DNA from: Amoebidium appalachense
Lineage: Eukaryota; Protista; Ichthyosporea
NCBI GenBank assembly: GCA_963693365.1
Contig: CAVNZM010000004.1
Location: 206,448-270,447, forward strand
Direction: 5' to 3'
DNA length: 64,000 bases
The position numbers and the translations under genes are program-made. Below are positions 54,193-64,000 of the stretch, piece after piece. The notes below the pieces were generated by a model. It worked only from the letters and a program-made list of their open reading frames with translations, was not told the origin of the DNA and searched no databases. Each line of letters opens with the position of its first letter. The stretch's first letter is position 1.

Positions 54193-55103
54193 TCTAAACC
54201 GGTCTGAGCTTCCCGAAAATCGTTTTATTACATCCAATGACCTTGCGAGTTGCTAGGAGGTGTAACTGAAACGGCAGATATTGGCCAATCAATCTAACCA
54301 ATCACTAAATTGTAATCTGAAAAGGGGTAAATATGCTATCTCGACCACCATGGGCTCCTTAGGTACAGTACACGCTCGTTTCCAAAGAGAAATAGCATAC
54401 CTTTGTGCTGTAGCTCTAGAAGCAGTCTGGTTGACTTTTCTTTACTAGTATATATAAGACAAAATAAATTTCTTTCATTATAATTTCTCCCCTGGCTCTT
54501 CTGGCCCGGTCTTGGAAACCATAGATGGTTAGTAAAAGCAGCTGTCACGTTCTTTTGCCGCGCTCCACATGTCAGAATCCTAACACCATATAAAGCCGGA
54601 CCTGGCGAGCTGGGAACTTCCTGAGAGCACCCGCCTGACTCCAAGGAGTTTACTTATAAAAGTTTTTCTTTGTTTGTTTCATGTTTTGACGCTTGAAGTA
54701 AGAATAAGCCATTTCAGACCTTTGCGGCCAGCCAACATGCAGGCACTTGCATGCACATGAATGACAGCCATACTTCTGTCACAAACTTCTGGGCACATTT
54801 TGCCAGTACGTTTAAGTTGGGCGTAGCTACACACATGTCAACCGTCTGTTGCTGATGTACAGAAACAAGGCGTACGCGTGTGACAGCCCACATCCACGAT
54901 ACAAATGTAAGCATGGGCCCCAATCAGCCATTTCTAACGTGGCTGTCCCACTGTGCCCGCACATGCAGTCAGCATGCGTCTGCACAGGTACAAAGGCAGG
55001 CATGGGGCTGAGCCCCCATCAGTCGTGCGTACGTTTGACATCCAGAAGATCAAGGCTTGCTTTGAACGTTTCCCACCTAACCACAACGCACACACCACAC
55101 ATC

Positions 55104-56770
55104 ATGGACACCAGCGGACCAGCAAGCGGTGGCGGGGTCGGGGCGGACATTTTGACTGCTGTTGCGGCTGCGCCCATCACGCAGGAGCGGCCTGTGGACC
55201 CCACGCTGGCGAAGACGCTGCCCAACCCCGGCTGCCCGCGTGCCATGCACGTGGTGGACCGTGCACACCCGCACGAGGGCGACTATGCGCTGCCGCCCGG
55301 CGGGCAGGGCAAGAGTGTGCTGCAGCAGCATTGTGTGTACTGGGACGAGGACGGCGATGGCATCATCTGGCCGCGCGACACGTGGCGGGGCTTCCACGAC
55401 CTGGGCTTCAACTGGCTGCTGTCCATCGTCGCAGTGCTGGTGCGTGTCCGCATGTGCCTGTGGCTTTGTTGGTGTGTTAACGTTGGCCTCAGCTGGTGGT
55501 GTTGTGGCTGTGCGTGTTGTGTTTTTGTAGTGTGTGAGAGCTCCTAAATTCACCCGTTCTTTTTATCTTTCGCTGAATCTGGCCACCTGCAATGCATTGC
55601 TTTAACATATGGTGGTTTCATTTTTTTCGTTTCAAAAGAATGAAGGAAGCCTAAGCCACGGGCCCATTCTGATCTGTGGCTGGCTTTAGTGAAGATTCGA
55701 CTTACTTTGCAGTCAAATGTTCGTTTGGTTTTGGGATACTATCTAACGAATATCGGTTGTGGCTAGACGTTTCATCCCTATCCAAGATTCTCTCTGTGTA
55801 ATGTAGACAGGTTTTGTTCACATTTCATATGGGCAGAAATCAATTTACCCGTAATTCGCATGTTTGGCTGTGTGTATGCCATTAGACTCCTCCTTTTTCC
55901 CACGTCTGCCAAGTGTCGAGAGCTCCTCCGACCATTTCAGGATTTTGGCCTCGATGTGCACACTGCCCCTTACGACTTTTGCGCTCAGGCTTTCATGTGA
56001 AGATTTCTCCTGGACCAGCAGTTACAAGTGCACTGTAGGGGCCAATTGAACATACATGTGCCGTAACGGTTATTAGATGCTAACTAACCCCCTGCCCCCC
56101 CCCCCCTCTCCTGCCCGCCTCCCCCACCCCTCTCCCACTCCCTCCAACGCAAACTTTTCCATCTCTTCCTCCTCCCCCCTCTCCCCTCCCCCCCTCTCCC
56201 CCCCTCCCCCCCCCCCCCTCCCCCTCCCCCCTCTCCTCTCTCCCTCCGTCCTTCGCTCTTGTTCTCTCTCTCTCTCTCTCTCTGTCCCCACTGCCACTGA
56301 AACACCCCCCTCCCGTGACTCACACATACACACACATACACACTCACATACATACACACACGCACACATGCACCGTGGCACAGCTGATCCACCTCAACTT
56401 CAGCGTGCCGTCGCAGAACACGTGGTTCCCCGACCCCCGCCTGCCTGTCTATCTTGAGCGCATCCACCTGTGCAAGCACGGCAGCGACAGCGAGGTCTAC
56501 GACACAGAGGGCCGCTTTGTGCCCGAAAAGTTCGAGGAGCTGTTTTCAAAGTATGACCGCGACAACAAGGTAAGGGGAATTTCAAATGCCCCCCCCCCCC
56601 CCCCTCCCCCTCCCCCCCCCGCCCCCTTCCCCCTCTCCGCGCCCTCTATCTGAGGCATGGGCCTTGCATCCACACATGCACAAATCCCCCCCCCCCCCCC
56701 CCCCCCCTCCGGCGCCTGCGCATACACCTGCGCACATGTGTATGTGCTTGCGCACGCACTCACTGCGGTG

Positions 56771-56809
<39 letters not shown>

Positions 56810-57454
56810 GCATGCACGCGCACACGTCACACGCACGCGCCCAAATTATATCCTCTCCCTCCTCGCGCTCCTCCTCTCTGGTGCATGCGCATGCACGCAG
56901 GCAAGCATGCATGCGCCCACGTGCATGCAAAAAAAGACGCCACACGCACACACATGCATGCGCGAACAACAACAACAACAAAAAAAAAAAACAAGTTGAA
57001 ACTTCACGCATACAAGATGCATAGAAAGAAGGAATTGCCACATAACAGTAACCTTCCACACACCCACAATTTTTTTAACAGAGAAGCCTACCCCTAGACC
57101 CACTGAAACACCCACCTACCCACCAAACCACTCACTCGTCCTCCATCCCCTCCCCCCCCCCTCCTCCCTATCACCACCCCAACCCCACAACCACCACAAC
57201 TGCCCACCCTTTAAACACAGGGGGCGCTGTCGTTCTGGGAGCTGTGGGACATGACACAGGCCATGCGCAACTATATGGACGTGGTGGGGTGGATGAGTGC
57301 AAAGGTCGAGTGGTTCACGCTGTACTGGCTGTGTGCCAGCAACGGGGTGGTCAGCAAGGAGCACGTGGCCAAGCAGTACAACGGCACCCTGTTCTTCGAC
57401 CTGGCCCAGCAGACAAGGGCAAAGCGCGCCGCAAAGGCCGGAAAGGCCGCCTAG
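55104..57454 (+). CDS. Caleosin/peroxygenase (host); exons 55104-55439, 56384-56569, 57221-57454
   Basis: SVLQQH..YWDEDGDGIIWP (EF hand), PDPRLP, KHGSDSEVYDTEGRFVPEKFEELFSKY, EW, Y.GTLF; phase-0 GT-AG introns. Confidence 0.95.
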
Positions 57455-57811
57455 GGCCTATTGGCTGGTGGTCATGTGACCTGTGGTCGTATCAAATTGA
57501 TGGCACATGGGGACAGTTGTGCTGGGACTCAACACATAAATAAAGACATTGACGGATTTCTGCCTGGTGCATGTTACAATTTGCTTTTCCGGTGTGTATG
57601 TAGACTGGTTCACTGGTGTCCAAGTCTAAAGAGCAGCTGACATGTATGGTGAAATTATTGGCAGCCATCCCGGCTGCCCAAGCAGTTTTCTGTTCCAAGT
57701 TTCGGGAAGATTCGGGTAGCAGTAAACCTGCACGTGGTCTGGTCGTACAAAGATCATGGCCGATGCATAAAAAAGGTTGACTGGAAAGAGGTGGAAAAGA
57801 CTTGTCATCCT

Positions 57812-57845
<34 letters not shown>

Positions 57846-59290
57846 CTGCCCCGCAGGCTCTCTCACTTTTTGCTTTAGAAACGTTCACTGAGGGACCTGA
57901 AAGCAGGTGCTACAGCTAGTCTGACACCGCACGACTAGTGTAACGTTTACTCGGACACACAGCCCCGCCCAAGTGACCCAAGTCTGGAATGTACCAGCCT
58001 TTTATAGTCCCTTGGTTTCCGCCGGGTCCGGAGAGCACTGCTCGCATACTTCTGTAAGGCGACAGCCAATAGGCATGTGGCCCTACTTATAATAAAGTAC
58101 ATGACATATACATGAGTACATGAGCTTCTCCTGGGTGATCATAAGATAGCTTCACGTTATACTACACTGCTACATGTGTATGTCTAGTGCTGAATAAAGT
58201 GTCTACGGCACACAGTGTGTGCCGTACACCTAAGATACATGCTGGCAAAGTGTTCACGTCCTTTGCATCGCTCCTAACTGCATACTTAAGGTGCAGAGCA
58301 ACTGCCCTAATAAGGAATACAGCTAAAAGTGATGCAGCCGATTGGTAGCTGCTTCCGAGGCTCTATTCCAGGCTCTGGCGAGAAGACACAAAGGCACGTA
58401 GACTGGTTGTGGGGGAACAGCACGGTGTGCACGTGAATGTACACAACCATGTCTACACCCCCCCCTCCCTAGGGGCAACGAAGGGCAACTGCACCGAGTG
58501 CCCACATGCCCTGCCCTTAAGGGGGATCAACCTTAACGTCTGCGTTTGCGCACATGCTGTTGGGTGCCCTTGCGCTGATTTTTGATTGTCTATCTGCATT
58601 GCTGTGGTCCTTCCCGGCACGGTGGTGGACGTCATAGGTGTATGCAGACAGGGCCATCTGCCAGCCAGCAACAATGGGCTCGGGGGCATCACCATTACCA
58701 TATATGGAAGTCAGCGAAGAATTGTCTGTGCGTAAAAAAATTGACGTGATTTTTGGCCAATCTGAAATGTTTGCGCAAACACACGGATGGACGTAATTTT
58801 GCATTTTGATGCCCCTTTGGCCTTTTCAGCCTTACAATACATGCCCCCATCCCCCCCCCTCGCCCCCTCCCTTCCCGTCACTCCCGTCCCTCCCCCCCGA
58901 TGGAGCGGGGCCTTGATGCATTAGGCTTCAGCCACCCATCCGATCGGAGAAGAAACGTGAAGGGCTGGGGGAGGGGGGGGGAGGGGGGGGGGGGGGGGGG
59001 AAGGGGGAGGGGGAGTTTGCTTGTCGAGGGTTAATATGCGTGCAGTTACGGACATTCGAGCAACTGTATCTGGTTTGGATGCCAGCCAGTGGCATTGCCT
59101 AAGGAATCATTTCATGCATAGGGGGTCATGGGGGGGTGGGGGTGGGATTCTTGCTTATAATGTTCGGATGTCTCATAATGTGTGTGTGTGTGTGTGCGTG
59201 TTTATATGCCCGCGGGTCTTTCATCTAGCCCTTGTGTGCCGTGGATAAATGCATCTCAGTGGTCCCCCATGACCATCTAAGGCAATGATG

Positions 59291-59598
59291 TCACGTGCTT
59301 GGTGCCCCATCCACCAATGGCATGGGGGGCAGCTCCAGGCCATCATAGCCCATCTCCACCCTCAGCCCATGCTGCTCACTGTACGTGCCCAGTGCCCTGC
59401 TAATGACGTCATAGTCACACAGGTGGTTGGCCCCCACCAGGATCGTGTGCCGTGCCTTCACCCTCTGCGCCACCTCAAGGCTCTGCAAACACACAGTCAG
59501 CCCCTCTTTTCATCATAACTTCCCCCCCCCCTCCCCCCCCCCCCCCCCTCCCCCATGCAACTCTCCTTTCCCCTGCTTCTTCCTCTCTCCCTCTCCCT

Positions 59599-59644
<46 letters not shown>

Positions 59645-60240
59645 CCCCTCCCCCCTTCCCCCCCTTCTCTCTCTCTTGCTCCCTCACCTCCCCCCCCCCC
59701 CCTCCCCCCCCCCCCCCCCCCCCCCACCACCACCACCACCACCACCACCACCACCACCACCCCACCCCCGAGTGTCCAAACAGTACATGTGTACCTGGGG
59801 CAGGGACATGTGGGCCTTTGGCCTGTGGTAGACCGTGACGCCCTCTGGGGGGGCCTGTCGTGTGTAGTCGTAGGGGGCCGTGGCATCGGGCAGCTGGTCG
59901 GGCCACAGCATATCCAGCACTAGCAGCGCGCAGTGCTGGTGGTGGGTAAGCATTGTTGCATGCAGCAGTGCGCACAAAACCAAGGAAGGAAATCGGACCC
60001 AACTAGACAGACAGAAAGGACCCCAGCCAGGACACCCCTGGCCTTCTCTGCCAATCACCATATCAACCTCTAAGATCACATCATGGTGTTCGGCCCCTTC
60101 CTTCCCTGTACACATGTAACAACCCTGCCACCCCTAAAACCATCCCCCTCCCCCCCTCCCCCCCCCCCCCCCCCGTCCCAAAAAAAAAAAAACAGAAAAA
60201 AAAACACACACACGTGCGCACACAGCACCCACACGTGTGT

Positions 60241-60281
<41 letters not shown>

Positions 60282-60359
60282 CATGCACACAGGCATGCGT
60301 GCTTGCACACACACGCACACATGCACACATACATGCACACACGCGCGCGCTCGCGCAGT

Positions 60360-60408
<49 letters not shown>

Positions 60409-61149
60409 GAATCTGTTTGATCACATGATCTGGCACCTCGTGTGCGTCCGTAATATAAGCAATATGGCGTCCAATCAGATAGCCGTTTGCACTGCACTCC
60501 CACCCATGCGGGCACTCAAGTGGCACGAACTCGATGCCCTCGATATTAAACGGCCTATCAGCAACCACTTTAAAATTTAACTGCGGCACAAATCCACTGC
60601 CCGTGGCCCTGCCACACAGCCATGGCATCTGCTTCGTTATCAAATCATAATCTCTCTGCCGCAGGTACACGGGTAGGCCGGTAGGATGCAGGTCGGGTCG
60701 GGTCCATTCCCTGCGGCCCGGATTGTATGTCAGAGATCGCACACGAAGCAGTGTGGAGGTGATCGGGTCCCAGGTAGGACCCCCTACACCCTCCCCCCCT
60801 CCCCCCCTCCCCTCCCCCCCCCCCCCCCCCAAAAAAAAAAAAAAAAAAAAAAAAAGGAAAGAAAAGAAAAGAAAAGAAAGAAAAGGAAAAATGAAAAAAG
60901 GAAAAAAAAAAAAGGCAAAAAAAAAAAAAAAAAAAAAAAAACCACTTGTCCCACCTTACCCCAAGCCCATGCATGACATTATCTCCTCTGTGCCTTCACT
61001 ATTTTGTTTGTTCATCCCAAAAGAACCCCCCCCCCCTCCCCCCTCCCCCTCCCCCCCCCCACCCCACGCAACCACCACTACCACCACCACCCTTGCCCAC
61101 CCCACATGCCCCCCTTACCCCCCCCCCCCTCCCCCTCCCCCCCTCCCCC

Positions 61150-61188
<39 letters not shown>

Positions 61189-62043
61189 CTACAAAATAAT
61201 AAATAATAAACAGACACACGTGCAGGCGTGCACGTACATCCGCACAAACCACCCCCCACCGGCCTCCTCGCAGACAAAGATACCCAGAAGTCTCGTTTCT
61301 ACATTCAACCTTAATGTTGATCTCAAAGCCTTCCCAGCCTCCCCCCCCCCCCCTTCCCCCCCCCCCCCCCCCTTCCCCGCCCCACCACCACCACTCCTCC
61401 ACACCACCACCCCCACCCCCACCACACACAACCATGCCACCCACGCACCGCATATCGTCCAATCCGGCGGCGGCATCCTGGTGCTCGTGGGTCAGGACGA
61501 TGGCGTCGATGGAGGCCACGTCATATTTGGCAAAGAACTCCACGGCCATGTCGTAGAAGCTCTTTCCGCAATCCACTAGAATGTTCCGCTGCCGCCCGTC
61601 CACGTGTGGCACCTGAGGCCCACCAGTTTTGAGACGCCTGCACACAGAGATTCTCCGTTGACCCTCCCCTGCAGCCTTCCCTCCCCCCCCCTCCCCTCCA
61701 CCCCTTCCCCCTTCGGGAGACGCACACACACCTATATCACAACACAATCATCCACCCACCTGCAAAACAGGCAGCAAATCTGCAGCAGCCGCAAACACCA
61801 CGAAATAAAAAAAAAACGCCTAACAAAAAGGAGAGATCGGTTCAGGAGATGCAGTTTATCTTATGTCTAGGCTTCGTACCTTCAGGTACACAAGACTAGT
61901 GCTGGGTGTGCAAGGGTGTATGGGAGAGTTTGGGGGGGGGGGGGGGGGGAGGAGGGGGGAAGGGGGGGAGGGCTGTGCGAGTGTGTCTGTATATTGTTTG
62001 TTTTAATGCGGGTGAACGGTTGTGTGCATGCGTGCGCGCGCGC

Positions 62044-62127
<84 letters not shown>

Positions 62128-62641
62128 ATGTGTGTTTGTGTGTGTGTGTGTGTGTGCGTGCGCGCGAGCGAGCACGCGCGTGCGTGTGTGTGTATGTGTG
62201 GTGTGTGTTTGGGCGTCCGGGCTAATATAGTATGTGTATGTGTATATAGCTTTGTATGTCGTAAGGTCATGAATGCAAGTATATTCGTGTGAACAAATAT
62301 CTTAGCTGGAAAGGAAAGTAAGCCCTAGGGGACCACGAGCATGCAGGCACTGGCACAGAAGTGATGTGCATGACTTTCTGCGCACAATTTAACGTTTGTT
62401 TGCGTCTACAAATATATTATAGTTGCCGCAACCTCCTTCGCAGAAATGTGTAGCTGTGTGCACACACACAAACACAGACACACACAAAGTTTCCCCCATT
62501 CTCTGTTTTCTCTCTCTCCCTCTCTCATCTTTCTCTCTCCTTCTCTCTCAGTCTTCCCCTTCTCCCCCCCCCCCCCCCCTTCTCCTGTCTCTCTATCTCT
62601 CTCTCTCTCTCTTTCTCTCTTCCTCTCTCTCTCTCTCTCTC

Positions 62642-62685
<44 letters not shown>

Positions 62686-62949
62686 TCTCTCTCTCACCCC
62701 CTCTCGATTTCTCTCACGTGGGTGCTAATGCGCATGCTTGCATGTATTTGTCGTCCGTGTGTGTGCCTGCATGAGGACCTGTATGAGCGCGCATAGGTTC
62801 CGCCGGTGGTTCTTTCTGCCCTCGGGGGTCAGTGCGCTGCGGCAGACGGAGCATTTCGTGTCTGCACGTGTCAGGCACGTGATCTTGGGCACTCGCTCGG
62901 AGGGCCCTGTGCCTAGCAGCACCACACGGACAGCGCTGGTGTCACCCAT
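59291..62949 (-). CDS. PhnP/YycJ-like metallo-beta-lactamase-fold hydrolase (host); exons about 62949-62779, 61612-61449, 60710-60407, 59935-59795, 59482-59291
   Basis: LLGTGPS..VP, NHRRN, ILVDCGKSF, THEHQDAAAGLDDMR, PHG, AYITD, AHMSL, NH, GYDGL; GT-AG junctions. Confidence 0.92.
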
Positions 62950-64000
62950 AGTGGGGGGGGGGAAGGATAGGAGTAGCAGGCGGCCTAACTAGAACACTTA
63001 GAGGTTTGCGGATTGGCACGGCGCCGTTTATGTGCAGGGTCACTAGAAGACTGAAGACTTGTCAGAACACCTTGCCAGCACCAACTTATGTTTGAAGGGG
63101 CGGCAACGAGCAGCGTCCGGCCGCGGAAGTGGGAACGGACTGTCATGCATATCCTCATCCATATGACTGACTCCATGGGAGTCTGCGGGGACTCGACCTT
63201 AGTGGGGCTTATCGCATAGCACCGCGGATTTGCAGGTCATTAAAGGGCCAAGCTAGCCATAGATTTTCTGAGAATACAGGTTGATTTCTACCTCTATGCT
63301 GTACAGAAACGAAATTTAAAATATTTGGCATGTGTTGAATACTAAACATGCGGAACACAGTAGTGTTTACTCTTCATTGTTGAATTTGTGGGGGGGGGAA
63401 AAGAAAATTATTCAGTCGCAGAATTATAATTTACCAGTCTCACCCTTACAGGTATTGGGGGATCTAACAGGGTGCGCTCGTAGCTAATCAGTCACATGCA
63501 CATCGATGGTTCGAAAATGTTATACTGGAAGCAAGGCTTCCGGCCAAGCTTCGAACTTTTTTGCACAAAACTATTACCTGAACCCAAAGTAAGCGTCTAT
63601 GATAATCTTGTGTCACAAACCACAACAAAGAAAAAACTTATGCAGTTGCCAAATTCACGGGCCATTTTGTTTCCGCGTGCAGCACATGCGGCCTCTGCGC
63701 CGAGGCCCCATGATCATGTGTACTATGTACATGCAGCACTGGATGATGCAGATGCAGTGATCCGTACTCACGGTACACCTCTAGTCCTGTGCTGCGCAAT
63801 CACAATGTTGGTAGGCAAATGTTTGCACAACTACCTGTGGTTATCACATGCAGATGCTCCGTGCAGTGCGCTTTTTTCGTTCTAGCAGAGTCTTGGAACT
63901 TCGTTATCCGCAGCCACTTTGAAGTCTCGCTTTCAGCTTTGTTGACTTAGATGCCAGGGTTCGCATGTGCACTTAGATTACCCAATCCGATTCTGTAGAA

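Noticed and set aside
58203-58228. Short hairpin TACGGCACACA-G-TGTGTGCCGTA as a terminator or Helitron end
   Set aside because: Single 11-bp stem with no U-tract and no exact CTRR terminus at the expected spacing
1-64000. tRNA/rRNA genes, integrase, transposase, reverse transcriptase, major capsid protein, DNA polymerase
   Set aside because: No recognisable motifs seen by eye; absence is not proven without HMM or covariance searches

Overview
Eukaryotic genomic window in which roughly 1-53.8 kb looks like a giant endogenous viral element (GEVE) of the Nucleocytoviricota, and 54.2-64 kb is host DNA with intron-containing genes (a 3-exon caleosin and a 5-exon PhnP-like metallo-beta-lactamase-fold hydrolase). 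The viral part (1-38.5 kb) is gene-dense and almost intronless. It includes an A22/RuvC-like Holliday junction resolvase, an A16/G9/J5-like entry protein, a Nudix hydrolase, two penton-like proteins, an SF3 helicase, an aquaporin, a SWIB protein, retropepsin-like and cysteine proteases, and many Bro-N/KilA-N/T5orf172/PD-(D/E)XK modular genes. Several of the latter share an AAGGTATAAAA TATA promoter. From 36 to 53 kb virus-like genes are interleaved with satellites and a spliced KDM4-type JmjC demethylase with all catalytic residues readable. The switch to host genes coincides with a 401-bp near-perfect palindrome (53792-54192) that could be an opened hairpin telomere or concatemer junction. 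About ten genes have single-base frameshifts, mostly in G/C homopolymers, which could be decay or sequencing error. All family calls are from motifs recognised by eye; no database searches were run.
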